Below the pieces are notes generated by a model. That model saw only the letters and a program-made list of their open reading frames with translations. It did not search any database and was not told the origin of the DNA. From an uncultured Facklamia sp. (GTDB taxonomy: Bacteria; Bacillota; Bacilli; Lactobacillales; Aerococcaceae), in contig CAYYGA010000001.1 of NCBI GenBank assembly GCA_964471435.1, positions 108,944 through 172,943 of the forward strand: a stretch of 64,000 nt of DNA, in the 5' to 3' direction. Shown in pieces: positions 57,069 to 64,000 of this stretch (position 1 is the stretch's first letter; the number at the start of each line of letters is the position of its first letter). The translations under genes were made by a program, and so were the position numbers.

Positions 57069-58229
57069 ATGGAAATCAAGACAAATTTACCAGAAATATT
57101 TGAAGAATTTAATGATGCAAGGCGTGAAGGCTTTCTTACCGTTAAAGAATTTAAAGAACAGGGCCAGCCTGTTATAGGTGCTTATTGTACTTATATCCCT
57201 GAGGAATTGGTTATTGCGGTGGGAGCAACAATGATTGGCTTATGCTCGACTACTGAAGAATCGATTGATGATGCAGAGGAAGATTTACCCCGTAATTTAT
57301 GCCCTTTAATAAAGTCGAGTTATGGTATGGCAAAAATGGATAAATGCCCTTATTTTCACTTTGCTGATTTAGTGGTAGGAGAGACCACTTGCGACGGTAA
57401 AACAAAAATGTATGAATATATGACGGAATTTAAACATTTATACTTAATGGAAGTTCCCCGCTCACGAAAACTAGAACAAAGTCAGAATATGTGGTACGAA
57501 GAAGTAGTTCGGTTTAAAGAGTATTTAGAAGAGTATTTCCAAACCGAAATTTCTGGAGAAAAGTTAAATGAAGCAATTGACTTAATGAATCGCTACCGCA
57601 CAGCTAAAAGAAATTTCTACCGAACAGGAGCCTTATCACCTTCAGTATTAACTGGAAAAGAAATTTTTGGTGTGTGTTTTGGGACAGGCTTTACTTTTGA
57701 TAAAGAGGAAACAATTAAAAATTTAAATCTATTAACCGAAGAAGCATATGCACGCTATGAAGCGGGGAATACCTTAGTAGATAAACCGCGAATTTTGATT
57801 ACCGGCTGCCCAATGGGCGGGGTCACAGAAAAAATTATTGATGCCATAGAAGCTAATGGCGGCCGAGTGGTCGCATATGAAAACTGTACTGTTTCAAAAT
57901 CAGTAGAAGAGTTGGTAAACATAGAAGAGCCTGATCAAATTAAAGCGTTGGCGGATAAATATTTAAATGTAGGCTGTGCTTGTGCTTCTAGTAATGATAC
58001 CCGTGTCCAATTAATTGATGAAATGGTAGATGATTTCCAAGTTGATGGTGTTATTGACATGGTTTTACAAAACTGTGTACCTTTTATGGTTGAATCCTTG
58101 AGAATTAAACGTTTCTGCCAAGAAGAAAAAAATGTACCTTATATGTATTTAGAAACTGATTATACTGAATCAGATATTGGACAATTAAATACCAGAGTTG
58201 CTGCTTTTATTGAAATGTTGGAGGGATAA
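57069..58229 (+). CDS. HgdB/BcrC/BadD-family (2-hydroxyacyl-CoA dehydratase-type, HGD-D) Fe-S protein, single subunit (YjiM/double-cubane-cluster-protein-like)
   Basis: 386 aa from ATG 57069 (RBS AAAGGAAG 6 nt upstream; the track GTG at 57042 has no RBS). Cys-rich with family-typical GAYCTYIPEEL, GETTCDGKTKMYE and ITGCPMGG. It is immediately followed by an activase gene. Confidence 0.7.
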   Translation: MEIKTNLPEIFEEFNDARREGFLTVKEFKEQGQPVIGAYCTYIPEELVIAVGATMIGLCSTTEESIDDAEEDLPRNLCPLIKSSYGMAKMDKCPYFHFADLVVGETTCDGKTKMYEYMTEFKHLYLMEVPRSRKLEQSQNMWYEEVVRFKEYLEEYFQTEISGEKLNEAIDLMNRYRTAKRNFYRTGALSPSVLTGKEIFGVCFGTGFTFDKEETIKNLNLLTEEAYARYEAGNTLVDKPRILITGCPMGGVTEKIIDAIEANGGRVVAYENCTVSKSVEELVNIEEPDQIKALADKYLNVGCACASSNDTRVQLIDEMVDDFQVDGVIDMVLQNCVPFMVESLRIKRFCQEEKNVPYMYLETDYTESDIGQLNTRVAAFIEMLEG

Positions 58230-58231
58230 GA

Positions 58232-59035
58232 ATGTTTTACATTGGTATGGATTCAGGTTCAACAACCACTAAGGCTGTTATCTTTTCTGAAGGAGAACTA
58301 ATAGACAAGTATCTAATACCAACCGGTGGACGACCCCGAGAAGCGATGGCAGAGATAATGGATTACTTCAAGCACCGCCATCAATATAGTCCAAACCAAG
58401 TTAAAGTAGTTAGTACTGGATATGGCCGTGATTTATGGGAAAGCGATTGGGTTGTCACAGAAATAACGTGTCATGGTAAAGGTGCCGAATATCTACACCC
58501 GGGGATAGAAAACGTGATTGACATCGGTGGACAAGATTGTAAGACAATGAAACTCAATGGCAAAGGACTAGTCATGGATTTTAATATGAATGACCGCTGT
58601 GCAGCTGGTACCGGTCGGTTTGTTGAAGTGATGATGCGCACTTTAGGTGAAGAAGTTGATGTTCTCGACGGATTTGTTGAAGGAGCCGTACCAGCAAAAA
58701 TCAATGCTACTTGTACAGTATTTGCTGAATCAGAAGTGATTTCTTTACTCGCTAAAGGAGAAAAACAAGGTGATATCGCTCTAGGTGCCCTTCATTCGAT
58801 TACTCAGCGCATCAACGGACAATACGCCAAACTACGTCCTGATAAAAATGCACCTGCCCTTTTTACAGGAGGATTATCTAAAAGTCAAACTTTTGCTAAT
58901 ATACTAGCTGAACGTTTTGATACTTCTGTCGTAACACATACCCTCGGCCAATATGCTGGCGCAATCGGCGCAGCATTAATTGCCGAACAAAGGTTTAATA
59001 AACAAAATAAGCAAAAAGTTAGCCTGATACAATGA
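58232..59035 (+). CDS. BcrA/BadF/HgdC-type ATPase (acyl-CoA dehydratase activase / archerase)
   Basis: 267 aa. ASKHA-fold motifs GMDSGSTTTK and IDIGGQDCK. Bridging-cluster Cys lie in NDRCAAGTGRF and NATCTVFAESE. RBS is GGAGGG. Confidence 0.85.
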   Translation: MFYIGMDSGSTTTKAVIFSEGELIDKYLIPTGGRPREAMAEIMDYFKHRHQYSPNQVKVVSTGYGRDLWESDWVVTEITCHGKGAEYLHPGIENVIDIGGQDCKTMKLNGKGLVMDFNMNDRCAAGTGRFVEVMMRTLGEEVDVLDGFVEGAVPAKINATCTVFAESEVISLLAKGEKQGDIALGALHSITQRINGQYAKLRPDKNAPALFTGGLSKSQTFANILAERFDTSVVTHTLGQYAGAIGAALIAEQRFNKQNKQKVSLIQ

Positions 59036-59078
59036 GTTTAATGAATTAATCTTATAGTTGAAAAAAAGGAGAAACAAG

Positions 59079-60131
59079 ATGAAAAGAAAATTATTACAGT
59101 TAATGACTTTAGCGACTTTATTGGCTCCAATGAGTTTACCCACAGTAAGTATTTTTGCCCAAGACAATACAGATGCTGCAGTAAGTGATTTTGACACAAC
59201 TCCCTCAGGTTCAGATGACTGGGTTCAAATTTATGAAACAGGGAATCATAATTTTGCTAAATTTGGCGAATTAAATCCAGAAGTGGCTCAGGCTTTTGGA
59301 GCATTAGGAGGAGTAGCTCTAGCAGACGGTGAAGTATCTGCTCTAGACAAAGAACTGATCGCAGTAGCCTTAAGTGTAGAAGCACAATGTACTAAGTGTA
59401 TTTCTTCTCATGTTATAAATGCTTTAAAATTAGGAGCGACACGTAATCAAATCGCTGAAGTTGTAGGAGTTAATATATTGATGGGAGGCGGACCTACATC
59501 GGTTTACGCTGGCAAAGCCATTGATGCCTTTGACGTTTTATCAGTTGACTATGCTGAAGAAATTGAAGCGGCTCAAGCGGAAATTTCCGATGCTGAAGAT
59601 TCAATTACTGAGACTGAATCTGAAATAGAAGCTACAGAATATGATACTGAGGCTTCTGGATCTGATGATTGGGTAGAAATATATGAAACAGGAAATCATA
59701 ATTTTGCTAAGTTCGCTGAATTGAATCCAGAGGTGGCTGAAGCTTTTGGAGCTTTCGGAGCAGCTGCCTTAGCAGATGGTGAAGTGAGTGCATTAACAAA
59801 AGAAATGATTGCAGTAGCATTATCGGTTTCTAGCCAATGTACAAAATGCATTTCTTCTCATGTAATTAATTTTATTAATTTAGGCGGTACTCGTGAACAA
59901 TTGGCTGAAATTGTAGGAGTAAATATCTTAATGGGCGGTGGACCGACTTCCGTTTATGCCGGAAAAGCCATTGATGCCTTTGATGTTTTATTACCAGCAT
60001 ATGGAACACAAGTTGGAGATCAAGATAATGAAGAATCAGTTGAAGATGAGTCAACTGAGGAAGATATAGTAGAAGAAGAAACCTCTGTAGAAGTAACTGA
60101 TGAAGAGGAAACTACTGAAGAAAATAATTAA
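59079..60131 (+). CDS. Exported protein with two tandem AhpD/carboxymuconolactone-decarboxylase (CMD)-like domains and an acidic tail
   Basis: ATG 59079 lies 7 nt after AGGAG (the track TTG at 59058 is less likely). Signal peptide MKRKLLQLMTLATLLAPMSLPTVSIFA-QD. Each repeat carries CTKCISSHV (CxxCxxxH). An acidic linker and a D/E-rich C-terminus are present. No LPXTG and no lipobox. Confidence 0.7.
   Translation: MKRKLLQLMTLATLLAPMSLPTVSIFAQDNTDAAVSDFDTTPSGSDDWVQIYETGNHNFAKFGELNPEVAQAFGALGGVALADGEVSALDKELIAVALSVEAQCTKCISSHVINALKLGATRNQIAEVVGVNILMGGGPTSVYAGKAIDAFDVLSVDYAEEIEAAQAEISDAEDSITETESEIEATEYDTEASGSDDWVEIYETGNHNFAKFAELNPEVAEAFGAFGAAALADGEVSALTKEMIAVALSVSSQCTKCISSHVINFINLGGTREQLAEIVGVNILMGGGPTSVYAGKAIDAFDVLLPAYGTQVGDQDNEESVEDESTEEDIVEEETSVEVTDEEETTEENN
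59208..59541 (+). repeat. Intragenic tandem duplication, copy 1 (CMD-like domain)
   Basis: 334 nt, aligning without gaps to 59658-59991 (offset 450 nt). Roughly four-fifths of positions are identical by eye. Confidence 0.85.
59658..59991 (+). repeat. Intragenic tandem duplication, copy 2 (CMD-like domain)
   Basis: See copy 1. Long shared runs include TATGAAACAGG, AATCATAATTTTGCTAA, CATTTCTTCTCATGT and AAAGCCATTGATGCCTTTGA. Confidence 0.85.
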
Positions 60132-60204
60132 GCCGTAGAATAGACAAATACTCCTCTTGCTCTAAATTAAAACTACAGAATGGTTTAATTTAGTTATCAA
60201 AGAA

Positions 60205-60245
60205 AGAAGACCGTCACACTAAAAATGGTGACGGTCTTTTTATTT
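60205..60245. terminator. Bidirectional terminator between the CMD-like gene and oppF
   Basis: AAGACCGTCAC (60207-60217) pairs with GTGACGGTCTT (60228-60238), followed by TTTTATTTT. Confidence 0.8.
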
Positions 60246-60289
60246 TAATGATTTTTGAAATTAATAAAGAGCTCTAATTATTGAGAACT

Positions 60290-61159
60290 TTAATTAATCA
60301 GTACAGCATGTTTTTCATTTATATCCACCCATTGACCAGTAATATAAAATTGATCTTTTTCTACTTTCTTACGCGCAGCAATTTGCTCACGCGCTTTCAC
60401 TGGATCAGCTATAGGAATAGCAGCGAGTAAGTTTTTAGTATAAGGATGAATAGGATTATTAAATATTTCTTCTGTTTCTCCCATCTCAACTACTGTTCCA
60501 CGGTATAGCACGACAATTCGATGTGCAATACTTCTTACGATCGATAAATCATGAGATATAAAAAGATAAGTCAGCTTTTCGCTATCTTGCAATTCTTGGA
60601 GCAAATTGATTATTTGTGCTTGGATGGAAACATCCAAAGCAGATACAGGCTCATCACACACAACAAAACGAGGTTTTAACACTAAAGCTCGTGCGATGCC
60701 TACTCTTTGCCGTTGCCCTCCACTAAAACTACGGGGAAGCCGGTGATGAAACCTTTGGTTAATCCCTACCAATTCTAATATTTCGGAAGCAGTTTTGTGG
60801 GCTTCCCCTTTAGAATAGTAATGATTTAAAGGTTCCATGACAGACTCCAAAATTGACTTCCATGGATTGAGAGCAGAAAGTGAATTTTGAAAAATAATTT
60901 GCATTTGATTCGCCTTTTCTTCTCCTTCAAAAATTTCGGAGTTGAAACTTATTTTCCCTGCGGATGCATCTTCCAAACCTAAGATGATTTTCCCTAAAGT
61001 CGTTTTCCCACTGCCCGATTCTCCTACAAGTCCCAGGGTTTCACCATTTTTAATATTAAAGGAAACTTGATTGCAAGCAGTAACTGTTGACTGTATATTA
61101 CCAAAAAAGTCTTTACGTTCATAAAATTTTGAAACACTTTTCACTTCTATTAGATTCAT
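60290..61159 (-). CDS. oppF: Oligopeptide ABC transporter ATP-binding protein OppF
   Basis: 289 aa. Walker A GESGSGKTT, signature FSGGQRQR, and a C-terminal oligopeptide/dipeptide ABC extension (HPYTKNLL). Confidence 0.85.
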   Translation of the reverse strand: MNLIEVKSVSKFYERKDFFGNIQSTVTACNQVSFNIKNGETLGLVGESGSGKTTLGKIILGLEDASAGKISFNSEIFEGEEKANQMQIIFQNSLSALNPWKSILESVMEPLNHYYSKGEAHKTASEILELVGINQRFHHRLPRSFSGGQRQRVGIARALVLKPRFVVCDEPVSALDVSIQAQIINLLQELQDSEKLTYLFISHDLSIVRSIAHRIVVLYRGTVVEMGETEEIFNNPIHPYTKNLLAAIPIADPVKAREQIAARKKVEKDQFYITGQWVDINEKHAVLIN

Positions 61160-61161
61160 TT

Positions 61162-62052
61162 TTACTGCTCCTTTACGATAAAATGGTTATTTCCTACTTC
61201 TTCCATCATATGAGATTGTTTAAGAGTGTCCGGGAGCGTATATTTTTGCATTACATGTAATTTTTCTCTACGAGTACTGTTAGGTATGGACTTTAATAAT
61301 TCTTGAGTGTATTGATGTTGTGGCTGATAAAAAATATTTTCTACCGGCCCCGCTTCTACCACAATTCCGTCATACATGACATAAATATAATCACACATTT
61401 CTGCTATGACACCAAAATCATGTGTGACGAGTATGACACTTAAATCTTCTTCTGCTTTCAGTTTTCGAATTAAGGAAAGTACTTGGGCTTGTACTGTTAC
61501 ATCTAACGCTGTGGTAGGTTCATCTGCAATTAATAACTCCGGCTTTTTGAGTAAGGCCATAGCTATCATTACCCGCTGAATCATCCCTCCCGAGAGTTCA
61601 TGCGGGTATAAATTTAATACATGTTCCGCATTAGGTATCTCTACATCCCGCAGTCTATCAGCAGCAGTTTTTTTAGCAGCTGCGCCCTTTTTTTTATGAT
61701 ACCTTTTAATTACTTCTAATAGATGATATCCGATTGTTTGAACCGGGTTTAGAGAAGATAGAGGATCTTGAAAAATCATGGAAATAGGTAAGGTAGTCAA
61801 TTTTTTCCTTTGGTGAATATTCAGCTCTCTACCATTGAAATGGTATTTGCTGCAGGAAGATATTAAATTATCAGGTAGGATACCTAATAACGACTTCATC
61901 GACAGACTTTTACCACTGCCTGATTCGCCTATGACACCGGTTATTTTTCCTCTGGGTATATCAAAGGAGACTTGATGAACCAATGTTTCATTCGAACTAT
62001 GTCTTTTAGCTAGTATAATGTTTAAGTCTTTTATCTCTAAAATATTACTCAT
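61162..62052 (-). CDS. oppD: Oligopeptide ABC transporter ATP-binding protein OppD
   Basis: Walker A GESGSGKS, signature LSGGMIQR. The preferred start is MSNILEIKDL (ATG 62052), which overlaps the oppC stop in ATGAGTAA. Upstream in-frame ATGs exist, up to 62085. Confidence 0.85.
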   Translation of the reverse strand: MSNILEIKDLNIILAKRHSSNETLVHQVSFDIPRGKITGVIGESGSGKSLSMKSLLGILPDNLISSCSKYHFNGRELNIHQRKKLTTLPISMIFQDPLSSLNPVQTIGYHLLEVIKRYHKKKGAAAKKTAADRLRDVEIPNAEHVLNLYPHELSGGMIQRVMIAMALLKKPELLIADEPTTALDVTVQAQVLSLIRKLKAEEDLSVILVTHDFGVIAEMCDYIYVMYDGIVVEAGPVENIFYQPQHQYTQELLKSIPNSTRREKLHVMQKYTLPDTLKQSHMMEEVGNNHFIVKEQ

Positions 62053-62875
62053 TGTATTCATCCTCATTGTAAATTTGTTTAACAAAGTTTCCCATACTAT
62101 TGAAAGAATAAACAGTCAACATAATAAAGATCCCGGGAATTATTGCCATATGAGGAGCTGTTTGCAAATTACTCTGTGCCGTTTGTAATAAACTTCCCCA
62201 TGATGCCGAAGGAGGCTGAACACCTAATCCTAAGAAACTTAAAGTAGACTCTGTCATAATTGCACCCGCAATACTGGCAGTCGCTGAAACAATAATGGTT
62301 GGGACCACCCCTGGTAAGATATGATTAATAATGATAGCTATATTGTTTCGTTTGATAAATTTAGAATAAACCACGTAGTCTCTTTCTTTTAAAGACATTG
62401 TCTCTGCCCGTACTAACCTTGCAATTCCCATCCATGAAAAACCTCCAATTACAATTACAATAGAGGTTAGACCCGGACTTAAAAAAACACTGATTACAAT
62501 CACTAATACAAGCCAGGGAATAGATGAAAGTATATCAACTAACCGCATAAAAAAGCTGTCCACCCAGCCGCCAAAGTAACCCGATACCAGCCCCACTACT
62601 ACCCCAATAATGGTAGAAGTAAGCATCGCTAAAAACCCTACTAATAAGGAAACACGCCCTCCATACAATACTCGAATGAAATAGTCCCTCCCCAATTCAT
62701 CTGTCCCAAACAAATGCTCGATTGAAGGAGACTGATCAATTTTGGATACATCAATGAAATTAGGATTAATCGGCAAGTAAGGGGCTATCAAACTTAAGCT
62801 TATTAAAATAATTAAAATAACTACGGCAATTAAATAGTGCGGATAGTTACGTAATCCAACGATAATTTTTTTCAA
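62045..62875 (-). CDS. oppC: Oligopeptide ABC transporter permease OppC
   Basis: 276 aa. N-terminal OppC-type segment (HLFGTDELGRDYF) and an EAA-type loop. Confidence 0.85.
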   Translation of the reverse strand: MKKIIVGLRNYPHYLIAVVILIILISLSLIAPYLPINPNFIDVSKIDQSPSIEHLFGTDELGRDYFIRVLYGGRVSLLVGFLAMLTSTIIGVVVGLVSGYFGGWVDSFFMRLVDILSSIPWLVLVIVISVFLSPGLTSIVIVIGGFSWMGIARLVRAETMSLKERDYVVYSKFIKRNNIAIIINHILPGVVPTIIVSATASIAGAIMTESTLSFLGLGVQPPSASWGSLLQTAQSNLQTAPHMAIIPGIFIMLTVYSFNSMGNFVKQIYNEDEYNE

Positions 62876-62879
62876 GAAG

Positions 62880-63833
62880 TTAGCCTCCTTTTCTGATCCG
62901 GGGATCTACTACAGTATATAAAATGTCAGCCAGAAGATTGCCTACGATGACTAAACTTGCTGATAACAATAAAATTGCCATAATCACAGGATAATCTAAG
63001 CGTCTGGTCGCATCGATGAAGTAAGGGCCTATTCCGGGCCAGGCAAAAATGGTCTCTGTAACAATTGAACCGGTTACCAACATTGGAAGATCCATCGCAA
63101 TTCGTGTTACTAGAGGCAGCAAAGTATTCTTACTTATATGATTAAAAAATATTTCTCTCTTAGTCGCTCCCAGAGAAAGTTGAACTTGAATATACTCTTG
63201 GTCTAACTGATTAACAGCCGCTGAGCGGACATAGCGGGCAGTGCCTGGGAAGAGAGCAATCACTAACGTTAAACAGGGCATAAATAAATGTTGTAAATAG
63301 TCTATTAAAGTTTCTTCCTGCCCAATAGTATGCATCCCTAAAATAGGAAACCATCTTAACTCTAAGCCGAAAAAATAAATAATAATCATACCCATCCAAA
63401 AAGTTGGGGTTGAAATTCCTAGTGAAAAAATAGTGTCCAGCAAACGGTCAATCCAGCCTCCTCGGTGACTGGCTGCATATAAACCTGAGATTACTGCAAT
63501 AACTAAAGCAATCAGATAAGCTGGGAGGATTAAACGGATACTATTGGGAATACGATTCAATAATTCAGCTGAAATGCTGTACTGAGTCACCATGGAGTTA
63601 CCTAAATCTCCTTGCAGCACGTTGCGCACCCATACAAAATACTGGGTTAGAAAAGGTTGATCTAAACCATAGCGTTGGCGCAAAAGCTCCACTGCTTGAG
63701 GCGACATATCAGGACGAGTAATCGTATCGATCGCATCAAAGGGAGCAATATATATTAACGTAAAAGCAATAAAAGATATTACAAGCAGTAAAGGAATGAC
63801 TTGTAATATCCTTTTAAAAATATATTTATTCAT
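62880..63833 (-). CDS. oppB: Oligopeptide ABC transporter permease OppB
   Basis: 317 aa. MNKYIFKRILQVIPLLLVISF N-terminus and a ...DPRIR C-terminus, typical of OppB/DppB. Confidence 0.85.
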   Translation of the reverse strand: MNKYIFKRILQVIPLLLVISFIAFTLIYIAPFDAIDTITRPDMSPQAVELLRQRYGLDQPFLTQYFVWVRNVLQGDLGNSMVTQYSISAELLNRIPNSIRLILPAYLIALVIAVISGLYAASHRGGWIDRLLDTIFSLGISTPTFWMGMIIIYFFGLELRWFPILGMHTIGQEETLIDYLQHLFMPCLTLVIALFPGTARYVRSAAVNQLDQEYIQVQLSLGATKREIFFNHISKNTLLPLVTRIAMDLPMLVTGSIVTETIFAWPGIGPYFIDATRRLDYPVIMAILLLSASLVIVGNLLADILYTVVDPRIRKGG

Positions 63834-63854
63834 CTTACCTACTCCTATAAAGTT

Positions 63855-63889
63855 AAAAAAGCAATTGCTAATTTCACAATTGCTTTTTT
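63855..63889 (-). terminator. Hairpin between oppA and oppB (partial terminator/stabiliser typical of opp operons)
   Basis: AAAAAAGCAATTG (63855-63867) pairs with CAATTGCTTTTTT (63877-63889). Confidence 0.55.
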
Positions 63890-63904
63890 ATAACATAAAG
63901 TATT

Positions 63905-64000
63905 TTATTCAATCGTTAATTTAGACCAGTCTTCCATATTATAGATTGGAACAAATTTAGCTTCTTCGTAGCCGCCAATACGTGGATTGGATACGATAAT
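63905..64000 (-). CDS. oppA: 3' end of a family-5 peptide-binding protein (OppA), truncated by the window edge
   Basis: The minus-strand frame reads ...IIVSNPRIGGYEEAKFVPIYNMEDWSKLTIE then stop (63907-63905). It sits upstream of oppBCDF. Confidence 0.6.
   Translation of the reverse strand: MIVSNPRIGGYEEAKFVPIYNMEDWSKLTIE

Noticed and set aside
1-64000. Search for mobile elements, prophage, integrases, toxin-antitoxin pairs, restriction-modification or other recognisable defence genes, and for tRNA/rRNA.
   Set aside because: None of the translated ORFs shows transposase (DDE), recombinase, nuclease-helicase or methyltransferase defence signatures. No cloverleaf-like or rRNA-like segments were noticed in the intergenic regions. 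The window reads as core chromosome.

Overview
This window looks like core chromosome from a low-GC Firmicutes/Bacilli organism. The Lactobacillales-like call is an inference from gene content: ccrZ/ytmP-trmB, the spx-mecA-coiA-pepF block, trpS, and no sporulation genes. I support about 60 CDS. I did not recognise any rRNA, tRNA, CRISPR array, transposase, integrase or phage gene. CDS coordinates include the stop codon. Several ORF-track starts were moved to internal starts that have a proper RBS.

Gene blocks in order:
- (1) ccrZ-like kinase and trmB.
- (2) Maltodextrin ABC uptake operon with a DUF1189 (YvdJ-like) gene.
- (3) pepF, coiA, mecA, spx, trpS.
- (4) An exporter, an L,D-transpeptidase and a cytoplasmic DsbA/FrnE-like protein.
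- (5) A seven-gene C1/glycine operon: fhs-folD-fchA-gcvT-gcvH-gcvPA-gcvPB.
- (6) An ATP-NAD-kinase-like gene, an orphan 148-aa gene, a split chromate transporter, a VanY-like peptidase and a Xi-class GST.
- (7) A nucleotide-sugar dehydrogenase, phnDCE, and a Wzx/Wzy-type cell-surface polysaccharide locus (GT2, PCP-like, Wzy, Wzx, GT4, LCP-like).
- (8) Flavodoxin, pepS, GT4, map.
- (9) A leu operon: leuA-leuB-X-leuC-leuD.
- (10) Two divergent operons described below.
- (11) The opp operon, truncated in oppA.

Most interesting observations:
- Divergon at 52.7-60.1 kb. A NitT/TauT-type ABC importer with two tandem Cys-bearing binding proteins faces a single-subunit HgdB/BcrC-family Fe-S protein, its ATP-dependent activase, and an exported tandem AhpD/CMD-like CxxC protein. 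I cannot match this combination to any characterised pathway. It is my best candidate for an undescribed system.
- A 19-codon leader peptide ending in four consecutive Leu codons, followed by a terminator, lies upstream of leuA. It is not in the ORF track.
- A full-length LeuD paralogue with degenerate motifs sits between leuB and leuC.
- The formate-THF and glycine-cleavage genes are fused into one operon.
- All four complete ABC binding proteins in the window lack a lipobox cysteine.

All homology calls are by eye from motifs, not from database searches.
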